In this document: piece by piece, positions 56,183 to 64,000 of the stretch
Numbering within the stretch: position 1 is the stretch's first letter
Layout of the letters: every line of letters begins with the position of its first letter
Origin: Nanobdellota archaeon
Lineage (GTDB): Archaea; Nanobdellota; Nanobdellia; Pacearchaeales; GW2011-AR1
Assembly (NCBI GenBank): GCA_038045705.1
Contig: JBBSXO010000005.1
Span: 1 to 64,000, forward strand
Length of the DNA: 64,000 nucleotides
Direction: 5' to 3'
Position numbers and translations under genes: made by a program
Notes under the pieces: generated by a model
What the model was told of the DNA's origin: nothing
What the model saw: the letters and a program-made list of their open reading frames with translations, nothing else
The model's database searches: none

Positions 56183-56252
56183 ATATCATAATCTAGTCTC
56201 TTATTTATAAATATTCTCAAACAATATGCTAACCATCCATCAATTAAATAAT

Positions 56253-57116
56253 TCACAAAAATAGTTTAGCCCCTGTAGATATCAAAAATGCAGCAATAGT
56301 CATAACAAAAGAATGTTTTACCCCCGCTTTTATTGAGCCTTCTGAAAGTTTTCCTATAGCAAGACCACTAAATAATCCTTGAAGTAAAAGCATCCATAAT
56401 AATGGTCTGGATAAATCATCAGTAGAGAAACTATCTCCACTAGAAACAGGTAATCCTGACTGTCCAAATCCGCTACTACCTATTCCTTCCAAACCACCCA
56501 CATTTTGCACATCTTCAGTCAATGGAATAATTTTAAATTGCATAACTAACATTATTCCTATGAATATAAAGAATATTATATATCCCTGAACAACTAAACT
56601 TGAAATAGAAGCAGCCCTTTCTTTTTTCAATTTTTCAATTTGGTAAATAGAAGAAGCCACAGAGTCAAGAATATCATCTATTTTACCACCAGCCATTTCT
56701 GCTTCCTTAATTAAGCCAATTGCTCTTTTTACAGTAACACTTCCAATATCTCCAGCAAACGTATCTAAAGCCCTGCTCATAGGAATTCCCATAGATATTT
56801 GATTAGCAAGTTTTCCTATGTTTTCAGTTAAAGAACCAAAATTTTTATTCTTCATATTTCTTATGCTCTGTCCTATAGGAGTCCCACCTTTAACATTTTC
56901 AGCAAGTGCACGAGCAAATTCAAGAAACTGTTCATTTTTTTCCTTCTCAAGGTTTGTTTCAAATATAGTTGTTGCAACAAAAGGTAGTGCTATTATAGTC
57001 ATAGCTATTCCAACAAGAAAGTAGAAAAGATTTTCCCCAAAGAAAAATATAAAATCTATAACAATTAAGATTAATCCAAATATTATTCCTATCCAGTTTG
57101 CTTTTTTTAGTATCAT
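56253..57116 (-). CDS. Type II/IV secretion system F-family (TadC-like) membrane platform protein
   Basis: 'FLEFARALAENVKGG', 'QISMGIP', 'AEMAGG', 'QGLFSGLAIGKLSEG'. Confidence 0.88.
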   Translation of the reverse strand: MILKKANWIGIIFGLILIVIDFIFFFGENLFYFLVGIAMTIIALPFVATTIFETNLEKEKNEQFLEFARALAENVKGGTPIGQSIRNMKNKNFGSLTENIGKLANQISMGIPMSRALDTFAGDIGSVTVKRAIGLIKEAEMAGGKIDDILDSVASSIYQIEKLKKERAASISSLVVQGYIIFFIFIGIMLVMQFKIIPLTEDVQNVGGLEGIGSSGFGQSGLPVSSGDSFSTDDLSRPLLWMLLLQGLFSGLAIGKLSEGSIKAGVKHSFVMTIAAFLISTGAKLFL

Positions 57117-57117
57117 T

Positions 57118-58410
57118 TTAATAGTTTGGCTGTTTCATATGCAGAAATGCAATGAACAAAACATTTACAATTGCTACTAGTCCAATAATAGCTGTAGTCA
57201 TTTGAGTAGGATTGAAACCAGTGCTTATTTTAGATATGGATATTATAACAAGTAGCATAACCATAATCATAGGAGTAGCAATTACTATGCTAATATACAA
57301 ATCCATAAAAGTTTCAGCAGACTTATTAGCTTTTTCTCTTTCAAGTCTATACTCAAGTAATAAACTTTCAGCTCTTTTCTCAAAAAATTTCCTCATATCC
57401 CCACCAGAATTTATTGTAACTGCCATCCCATTAAGTAACTCAGAGAATCTGGAGCTAGGGGTAGATAAAGAAACATTTCTTAGAGCGGTACTCAAGTCAT
57501 AACCATAAAGGTTTGTTTGGTTTAATATTTTTCTAAATTCATTTCCAGCAAATTCATATTCTTTACTTGTTGCAATTATCTTAAATAATTCAATGGGTTC
57601 AATTCCACTTCCAGAGATAGAGGCCATATGAATAACAACAAAAGGAATTTCTTGATTTATTTTTCCAGAGGTAGATTTCTTCTCAGCAGCAGGATAAGAA
57701 TAGAAAAGCAAGAAAGCAACTCCAGGAAATGCAAGAGGTATCCACAAAATTTTAATTAAGCGCAATATGTAAGATTCTGAATATATTTTTATTGACAAGT
57801 TAAAAAAATCTACAGTAAAAAATAGCATAAATATCATAACAAATATACTTACAAAAGATGCAACTAAAATAGACATAAACATCATAGACAAATAAGTGGT
57901 TGAAAGTATATTTAGATTACTTTTCTTTATATCAAGTATAAGTGATTTGAAAGAACCTTCATTAACGAGTCTCTGTGAGAAATTGAAGAAAAATCTATTC
58001 GAAGTTTTCCCATACCAATTTGTAGTATTAAATTTTTCTATTCTTTTTGGTTTTTCTTTCTGTCTCTTCTTTATTTTTTTAAGTAACTGAGAATCAATAT
58101 TAAGTTCTTTCAAGAACTCATTCCTTCCCCTCTCAGAAACAAAAACTGAAACCTCTTTTAACGGAATTACTTCTAGTTTTTTAAATTTTTCAGATTGATT
58201 CTTTGACAAATCAAAATTATCTATTTTATTTATTAATTCAGGCAAACTATTATTCAATATTTTTATTCTTTTTATCAAAGACTCGGCTATTTGAGAATAT
58301 ATTCTAATTTCTTCAGAATCAAGCTGAGACTCATTAGAGTAAATATTATCAAGCTCACGTATCATCCCTATTTCAGCATCAATATTAGATTTCAAACTTT
58401 TAATGATCAT
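57118..58410 (-). CDS. Type II/IV secretion system F-family (TadB/FlaJ-like) membrane protein
   Basis: 'EIPFVVIHMASISGSG', 'YGYDL..AL', 'TPS', 'SGGD'. Confidence 0.88.
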   Translation of the reverse strand: MIIKSLKSNIDAEIGMIRELDNIYSNESQLDSEEIRIYSQIAESLIKRIKILNNSLPELINKIDNFDLSKNQSEKFKKLEVIPLKEVSVFVSERGRNEFLKELNIDSQLLKKIKKRQKEKPKRIEKFNTTNWYGKTSNRFFFNFSQRLVNEGSFKSLILDIKKSNLNILSTTYLSMMFMSILVASFVSIFVMIFMLFFTVDFFNLSIKIYSESYILRLIKILWIPLAFPGVAFLLFYSYPAAEKKSTSGKINQEIPFVVIHMASISGSGIEPIELFKIIATSKEYEFAGNEFRKILNQTNLYGYDLSTALRNVSLSTPSSRFSELLNGMAVTINSGGDMRKFFEKRAESLLLEYRLEREKANKSAETFMDLYISIVIATPMIMVMLLVIISISKISTGFNPTQMTTAIIGLVAIVNVLFIAFLHMKQPNY

Positions 58411-58568
58411 AGTATTTTATCAAAACTCCTTTGTAGTTCAAACAACTTTTCTTTTAGTTGAGAGACCATTTCAAATTCATGTTTTTCCAATGCATTATCC
58501 AGTTTGTTTACAATATCTTTCATCTGAACGAGCATTTTGTAAGCTAAAACAACATCCTCTTTCCTCAT
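58407..58568 (-). CDS. 53-aa helical protein coupled to the TadB-like gene
   Basis: MRKEDVVLAYKMLVQMKDIVNKLDNALEKHEFEMVSQLKEKLFELQRSFDKIL; ATGA overlap; TATA box upstream; not in the ORF track. Confidence 0.6.
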   Translation of the reverse strand: MRKEDVVLAYKMLVQMKDIVNKLDNALEKHEFEMVSQLKEKLFELQRSFDKIL

Positions 58569-58606
58569 AAAACTGAAAGGAGAAATTGCTTTATATATCT
58601 TTTAAT

Positions 58607-60130
58607 CTACTCTATGCCAAACCTTTGTAAAACAAGTTTAGAATTTCGATAATAATCAACAACTATCTTCCTAACTTCATCAAAACCAAATATTTTTCTC
58701 CTATAAAGTTCATACAACAGTTTTGTTCTATTTGCAAACTCTTTTTGTAATTCTTCTACAGTCAATCCATAACGAACAGATATTTTCTCGAAAACTTTAC
58801 TTTCTTTCTTAAAATAGAAAGTATCTTGACCTGGATTCCATACAAAAGGAGTATTAACCAAAACCATTCCATCTCCTTTTACATTAATTATCTCAACTAT
58901 CTCTCTTAATCTTCTAGTTTCATTCTTCTTTATTAGTGCATGAGTCATTATAGCTACACAGTCAAGAGAGTTCACGAGAGTAGGTGAAAGCTCAATAGGG
59001 GGAGTTTCCAAACGTTTTATCAAAGTATCAACAGAATCAGCGTGCATTGTGCTTATAGAAGGGTGTCCTGAAGCCATTCCCTGGAATAATACGAAAGCCT
59101 CTTTACCTCTAACCTCTCCAACGATAACATAGTTAGGATTCTGTCTGAAAGAATTTTTTAACAAATCAAATAAGTCTACTTCTCCAACACCTCCTTTACC
59201 AATAGCAACTCTGGAAACTGCAGGAATCCAATTTTCTCTAGGTAAGTTTAGTTCTCTAGTATCTTCAATACTAACGACATGAGCCTCTGGAGGAATAAAA
59301 AATGCAATAGCATTAAGTAATGTAGTTTTACCCGAAGAAGTTCCTCCAGCAATAAATATGTTTGATTTGTATTGCACAAGAATCCAAAAGTATGCAAGCA
59401 TCTCAGGACTTAAAGTATTGAATGATATAAGTTGTATCGGGGTCCATGGTATTTTCGTAAATTTACGAAGAGTGAAAGTAGGTCCTTTAGAGGTAACATC
59501 TTGGGTATATGTAGCATTTACTCTAGATCCGTCAGGTAATGTTCCATCAAGCAAAGGTTCAGAATAAGAAACATATTTTCCAGACCTTTGAGCAAGCTTC
59601 TCAACAAAACTTGACAAGTGATCTATCTCGCTGAATTTTAATGTAGTTCTAATATTACTATATACTCTATGAACTATGTAAATCGGAGTATTAACACCAT
59701 TACACTCAATATCTTCTATAAAATAGTCTCTCAATAAAGGTTCTATTTCATTAAAACCTACAAAATCCCTATATAAATAATAGAATATCTTTTCATAACT
59801 TCCTTCTTCAATTTTAATATTTAATTCACTTATAAGAAATTTAGCAGTTTTATCAACATACTCCATTATTTTTTCAGGAGTTTTTTCAGTAACTACATTG
59901 ACATTAATTAGTTCAATCATAGCATCTTCTAATTTCTTAATTACGCCCTTTTCATCTTCTTTTAAAAGTGGTTCTTCAACATCATAAATGAGCTCTTCAG
60001 AATTATCATCCCAATAAATATGAGCATTAGCAAAAGGTTGTATTAATGCATACCTAACGTCAATTTTTGTTCTATCCATTGTCTTAGGTAAATCAGGTAC
60101 AATAGGATTAGGATTTATAGTTATCACCAT
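58607..60130 (-). CDS. Type IV pilus assembly ATPase (VirB11/TadA/FlaI family)
   Basis: 'IEDIECNG', 'LPDGSR', 'GGTSSGKTT', 'IEDTRE', 'VGEVRG', 'STMHA'. Confidence 0.93.
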   Translation of the reverse strand: MVITINPNPIVPDLPKTMDRTKIDVRYALIQPFANAHIYWDDNSEELIYDVEEPLLKEDEKGVIKKLEDAMIELINVNVVTEKTPEKIMEYVDKTAKFLISELNIKIEEGSYEKIFYYLYRDFVGFNEIEPLLRDYFIEDIECNGVNTPIYIVHRVYSNIRTTLKFSEIDHLSSFVEKLAQRSGKYVSYSEPLLDGTLPDGSRVNATYTQDVTSKGPTFTLRKFTKIPWTPIQLISFNTLSPEMLAYFWILVQYKSNIFIAGGTSSGKTTLLNAIAFFIPPEAHVVSIEDTRELNLPRENWIPAVSRVAIGKGGVGEVDLFDLLKNSFRQNPNYVIVGEVRGKEAFVLFQGMASGHPSISTMHADSVDTLIKRLETPPIELSPTLVNSLDCVAIMTHALIKKNETRRLREIVEIINVKGDGMVLVNTPFVWNPGQDTFYFKKESKVFEKISVRYGLTVEELQKEFANRTKLLYELYRRKIFGFDEVRKIVVDYYRNSKLVLQRFGIE

Positions 60131-60176
60131 TTTTCACCTCTACAAAATAAAATCAACGAGACATTTAAACCTATCT

Positions 60177-60704
60177 TTAAGAACCTTCAGTTATGTCTAT
60201 CCAAGGCTTATTATTTACAATACCCCTATTCTCAACAAAGAACTCATAAGGGATGCTTACTGGAGTAAAAGTTTGTTTTTGTCTATCTGATCCATCATAA
60301 GTAATGTTATAAACATAAGGTAGCGATAAAGTTATTTTATATCTTTCAGTAAGCTCTTCAGTCAAAACTTTTATTCTTCCAAGATTTAATTCAACCCCAG
60401 GTTCTGAATAACGCACATTAGATTCTTCAAGCACATATTCAAGTTCATTTTCTATCGAATCTACTGAGATCGCGCCCCTGTCTAATCTAAAATTAATTTT
60501 TCTCTTATTTCCAGGAGCATCAAGTATCTCTACAATTTTTGAATCAAATGTGTTTAGAGACCCTATTGTTTGTTCAATCACGGATCTATCTCTAAACTCC
60601 TTTACTTTAGGTGTTAATATTGCAAGAACAAGTCCTATTAATGCAAGACCTATTAGAGTATAGATTACAGTCTCAACCCAGATTTGTCCCCTTCTAAAAT
60701 TCAT
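60177..60704 (-). CDS. Pilin-like protein
   Basis: 'RRG|QIWVE' plus hydrophobic helix. Confidence 0.72.
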   Translation of the reverse strand: MNFRRGQIWVETVIYTLIGLALIGLVLAILTPKVKEFRDRSVIEQTIGSLNTFDSKIVEILDAPGNKRKINFRLDRGAISVDSIENELEYVLEESNVRYSEPGVELNLGRIKVLTEELTERYKITLSLPYVYNITYDGSDRQKQTFTPVSIPYEFFVENRGIVNNKPWIDITEGS

Positions 60705-61210
60705 TAGAAACTAACTCCGTTGCAAGGCTCAAACTCAATAGTATCCGCAACAGAACACACTTCACCAGATGCAGTCAACGCAGAGATTTCTGCTTTCTGG
60801 TAAACTCCAGTAGTTACATAAGTCCTCTGACCACCAACACTAGGGAAAGTTAAAGGATCATCAGGATTAGCTCCAAGAACTCTTAAATTAGAGACAGTTG
60901 AACCATTATAAATATCATAAACATCAGAATTTCCATTATTATTAATAAGTCCAACTTTAACTTTTGATATCTTTTCTTTGTTTATCTTAACAGAAAATCC
61001 AGTTTCGCTAGAATTAGAATCATAACAATTAAATCTACTCTCAGGAAATTCTACGCCTTCAAATGTATCCAGGCAGTCCTTACTGTCCCCAAGTTTATCA
61101 TTAACAAAAGGTATTACAACAGAAAATACTATTCCTCCAATAATTATTGTTAAAACAAGTAAGAGTACAGTAGCAACAACAGGACTAACAGCTTTTCTAA
61201 ACATCACCAT
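60704..61210 (-). CDS. Archaeal type IV pilin
   Basis: 'RKA|VSPVVATVLL'. Confidence 0.85.
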   Translation of the reverse strand: MVMFRKAVSPVVATVLLLVLTIIIGGIVFSVVIPFVNDKLGDSKDCLDTFEGVEFPESRFNCYDSNSSETGFSVKINKEKISKVKVGLINNNGNSDVYDIYNGSTVSNLRVLGANPDDPLTFPSVGGQRTYVTTGVYQKAEISALTASGEVCSVADTIEFEPCNGVSF

Positions 61211-61248
61211 AAAGTATAAAGCAAAAAATAGTTTTTATATCTTTTCAA

Positions 61249-61719
61249 TTAGTAAACAACCGTCTGTCCATCTTTTTCAGGACAAGTATAAGCTATTTTT
61301 CTTTCTTCCTTTTCAGCAAGCAGTTTAGGTATCACTCTAAATTTATCTCCGCTATTAACAGTAAATCCTAGGCAAGCATAAGAAGACATTCCAACTTTCA
61401 CAGTACCGCCATTAAATGCCTGGTCAATAACTTCTACAGAGCCAGTAGCATCGTCGTACTGAAGAACTTTAGCCCCATAGATAGGGATATTTCCGATGTT
61501 GTTGATGTCTATTGCACTTCCAGTGCATTGAGAAGCAGTTAGAGCTATCTGCACTTCAAATCTTACATCTTCACAAGAACTTTCAACAACTCTATCTCCT
61601 TTGGTAGCACTTTCAGATAAAAAGCCTCTGGCCCAAATAAAGATAATAGCTGCAAGAACAACAACAATAACAATTAGCAAAACTGTAGCCACAACAGGAC
61701 TAACACCCTTTTTGAACAT
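61249..61719 (-). CDS. Archaeal type IV pilin
   Basis: 'KKG|VSPVVATVLL'. Confidence 0.85.
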   Translation of the reverse strand: MFKKGVSPVVATVLLIVIVVVLAAIIFIWARGFLSESATKGDRVVESSCEDVRFEVQIALTASQCTGSAIDINNIGNIPIYGAKVLQYDDATGSVEVIDQAFNGGTVKVGMSSYACLGFTVNSGDKFRVIPKLLAEKEERKIAYTCPEKDGQTVVY

Positions 61720-61781
61720 CTTTTAGAAAGAAAACATTTGTTTTTATATGTTGACATGCATCGACACTAGAAGAAATAAAA

Positions 61782-62300
61782 TCAAGGTGCAACACAAGGA
61801 ACTATTTTAGTAACAACTGCTTCAGGACAAAGAACAGGCTCATTTTCTATCCATATAACTGGCTGAACACTTATCTCTTGTACTTGAGTAGGTACTAAAT
61901 TATAAGTATATGTCTTACAAAATTTTTCACCTGGATTTAAGACACTCGTGTTTCCATTACATATTGAATTTAAATTTAAATCAAGATTCAAATTCTCTCT
62001 AAATGCTCTATTGTAATCTCCTATTTTTACGTACGCACCTTCGACTTTGAATAATCCTCTATTAGTTATATTCAAATTTATTGTTGAAAAGAGCGGATTT
62101 GTAGGGCGGTTCAGAGTACAGGAAGCATAATCTATTGATAGTTTAATATCAACATCACATTCAGGTCTTTCATCAGGTAAATAAAGTTTTAAGTAAAAGA
62201 AAACAGCCGTTGATAATGCTACAGCAATAGCTATAAGTAAAACATATCCCACCATAAGGCTAACTGCTCTTTTATTCAACAGTAACAAATTTCTCTCCAT
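61782..62300 (-). CDS. Archaeal type IV pilin (start uncertain)
   Basis: 'KRA|VSLMVGYVLL'. Confidence 0.8.
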   Translation of the reverse strand: MERNLLLLNKRAVSLMVGYVLLIAIAVALSTAVFFYLKLYLPDERPECDVDIKLSIDYASCTLNRPTNPLFSTINLNITNRGLFKVEGAYVKIGDYNRAFRENLNLDLNLNSICNGNTSVLNPGEKFCKTYTYNLVPTQVQEISVQPVIWIENEPVLCPEAVVTKIVPCVAP

Positions 62301-62793
62301 CTTCATCTTTAGATAATACAAAATAAAAGTTCTGTCCAGGTTTTAAATTAAATACATAATCTACACCCTCAATTCTTATTCTAACACTATTCGAGGCTCC
62401 AGTATATTCAGCTTCAATTTCTTCTCCGCTTTGTATAGTAATCGGGACAAGTATCCCGTCAAGAAGAGTAACTCCAACAACTTGCACACTTTCATAATAA
62501 TATGCATAAATTCCAGTTTGAGCATTTCCATACACAAATGCAACATCTTGGTTTCCTATATTTTCACTGTAACTGTTTAATAATTGTGATGCAAGTCTAC
62601 TGACATTTGAGGATGTTACAACACCATAATCAAGAACTCTTTTAGTTTCAAAATTAATTTCATCTCCTAAATCAAAAAATGCTTCGGGCTTATCTCTAGT
62701 TGTACTCTGATTTGAGATTCTTACTAGACTTATCACTATCCCTACAATTATAAGTGCAGCCATCAAAAAAACCTGTCCTCTTTTATTCATCAA
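62272..62793 (-). CDS. Pilin-like protein
   Basis: 'KRG|QVFLMAALII'. Confidence 0.72.
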   Translation of the reverse strand: MMNKRGQVFLMAALIIVGIVISLVRISNQSTTRDKPEAFFDLGDEINFETKRVLDYGVVTSSNVSRLASQLLNSYSENIGNQDVAFVYGNAQTGIYAYYYESVQVVGVTLLDGILVPITIQSGEEIEAEYTGASNSVRIRIEGVDYVFNLKPGQNFYFVLSKDEDGEKFVTVE

Positions 62794-62845
62794 ATAATCA
62801 AAGTAAATGTAATTTTTAAACTGTATGTATTAAGAAAAGAATAAC

Positions 62846-63102
62846 GTAGGCGGGGAGTTTGCTTGACGTCAAAAAATCGTTTGACCTTCTACCATCCTCG
62901 GTATCGCACTCCGGTAAGCACCGAAGCTTCTGCTTAGGGCTGCTCCGATCAAGGTCTGACCCAGTTCACAGGAGCACGGTCGAACAGGACAATACCTCAA
63001 CGTCCGGTAAAAGACGAGAGTTTGTTCGTTTCACGTACTCCTTTAAGTTCACTTGAAGCCCGCGGGTGTAACAGCACAGGGCTAACGTGCCAACTCGCCT
63101 AC
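62846..63102 (-). ncRNA. ffs: Signal recognition particle (7S) RNA, reduced form
   Basis: GC-rich 257 nt; termini pair (GUAGGCG/CGCCUAC); helix-8-like GGGUCAGACCUUGAUCGGAGCAGCCC; Alu-like 5' hairpins; long helix 5. Confidence 0.85.
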
Positions 63103-63126
63103 AATAAATCGATTATAATGTGCTTT

Positions 63127-63420
63127 TTAAGTGTTTCTAGAAGGTTTAATTCCATTAACTATTGAACCTAAGTCATCCAATTCATAATAAGATAACGACT
63201 CAGCTTCTATTCCAGCAGGCAAATTTCTTCCATTTTCCGAAATACCATTTAAGACAGTGACATTCTTAGTTCTAGTTCTGACTCCAGTTAAATATCCTCT
63301 CAAATAATCAATACTTTCTTGATAACTATTTTGACGCTGATCTCCAGACCAAGTGTGTATTATTAAAAATCTTTGTGAACATTTGATCTTAGCAATGTAA
63401 ATTGTTTCAGTATTTTCCAT
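63127..63420 (-). CDS. Hypothetical protein
   Basis: 97 aa ORF. Confidence 0.55.
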   Translation of the reverse strand: MENTETIYIAKIKCSQRFLIIHTWSGDQRQNSYQESIDYLRGYLTGVRTRTKNVTVLNGISENGRNLPAGIEAESLSYYELDDLGSIVNGIKPSRNT

Positions 63421-63432
63421 CAAACACACTCA

Positions 63433-63594
63433 TTAATCTTCAGAAACCTTTTCCTTTATCTTAATCAAGTCTTTACTCAAATATTTATTTTCTTTTATTT
63501 TATGATTCTTCTTACTAGAAAAGAAAAGAAGGACAATCAAAACTACGAAAGAAACCCCGGTACTCATCAACAAAACTTGTTCAATACCTATCAT
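63433..63594 (-). CDS. Small single-pass membrane protein (53 aa)
   Basis: MIGIEQVLLMSTGVSFVVLIVLLFFSSKKNHK...; TTTAAATA box upstream; not in the ORF track. Confidence 0.5.
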   Translation of the reverse strand: MIGIEQVLLMSTGVSFVVLIVLLFFSSKKNHKIKENKYLSKDLIKIKEKVSED

Positions 63595-63633
63595 GGAGCT
63601 TTTAGAATTCTTCAGGCGTATTTAAAGATTACC

Positions 63634-63939
63634 TCACTGCGATAGTCTTTTAATAAATTCTTCTTTCAATAATCTTTTCTTCTTTTCAGAAAGATGAAAT
63701 AACTTGCGACTAACCATTTCTTCTGAAACTGTTACAATGCTGTTAAGCTTTATTATGCTATCTGTAATTGCTCCTTCAGATTTACTAAGAGGAATGCCTT
63801 CCATTTCCAAGTTACTTGTTATTCCAGCACAGACAATATTTCCAAATTCCTCAAATAATACAACAGCTGGTCTAGGCTTTATTTCAAATGTATCAACATA
63901 CTGAACCCGCGCGAGAATAACTTCTCCAAACTTATACAT
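63634..63939 (-). CDS. PemK/MazF family toxin
   Basis: 'GEVILARVQYVDTFEIKPRPAVV', 'GITS'. Confidence 0.82.
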   Translation of the reverse strand: MYKFGEVILARVQYVDTFEIKPRPAVVLFEEFGNIVCAGITSNLEMEGIPLSKSEGAITDSIIKLNSIVTVSEEMVSRKLFHLSEKKKRLLKEEFIKRLSQ

Positions 63940-64000
63940 TATCCCATATTTCGTCATGTTTAGTTCCCCATAACTCTTTCATTTTTGGCTTCTGTATTTC
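63932..64000 (-). CDS. Antitoxin, C-terminal part (cut by the window edge)
   Basis: '...MKELWGTKHDEIWDNV*' overlapping the toxin start, as in the 2229-2408 pair. Confidence 0.6.
   Translation of the reverse strand, partial: EIQKPKMKELWGTKHDEIWDNV

Noticed and set aside
56253-62793. Archaellum operon
   Set aside because: No FlaH/F/G or archaellin-type sequences; fits a pilus
62859-63056. 65-aa ORF on the + strand
   Set aside because: Antisense to the SRP RNA, TTG start, no protein-like features
62846-63102. RNase P RNA as an alternative identity
   Set aside because: No GAGGAAAGUCC / P4 signature; the helix-8-like motif and paired ends fit SRP RNA
1-64000. Complete DGR cassette, transposase, integrase or provirus
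   Set aside because: No RT, Avd, AAC-rich template, TnpA/TnpB, recombinase or capsid ORF recognised

Overview
AT-rich window (roughly 30% GC, judged by eye) from an archaeal chromosome. Gene content and the mostly leaderless genes with a TATA box about 25 nt upstream suggest a DPANN organism, probably Pacearchaeota/Woesearchaeota-like (inference). The core scaffold is made of pieces of conserved archaeal superoperons: rpoK-eno-rps2, pop5-psmA-SBDS-rrp4-rrp41-rrp42, mre11-rad50, psmB-aCPSF1, archease-rtcB, cca, oapABC and a type IV pilus locus. It is interrupted by a glycosylation island, eight toxin-antitoxin pairs plus an orphan antitoxin, and many ORFans. Most notable: (1) a probable orphan DGR target gene with a GC-rich, NNC-codon C-terminal variable region beside the pilus locus, plus a split, non-diversified paralog; (2) a bacterial sigma-70-like protein under an archaeal promoter; (3) an SRP RNA that appears to lack helix 6 and the helix-8 GNRA loop; (4) dispersed repeats and hairpin arrays at the borders of accessory cassettes; (5) two large Cys-rich/PKD surface proteins translationally coupled to the oapABC (arvABC) GTPase genes; (6) an ArmA/Rmt-like rRNA methyltransferase and an ADP-ribosyltransferase-fold ORFan. 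All calls come from reading motifs by eye; no database searches were run.
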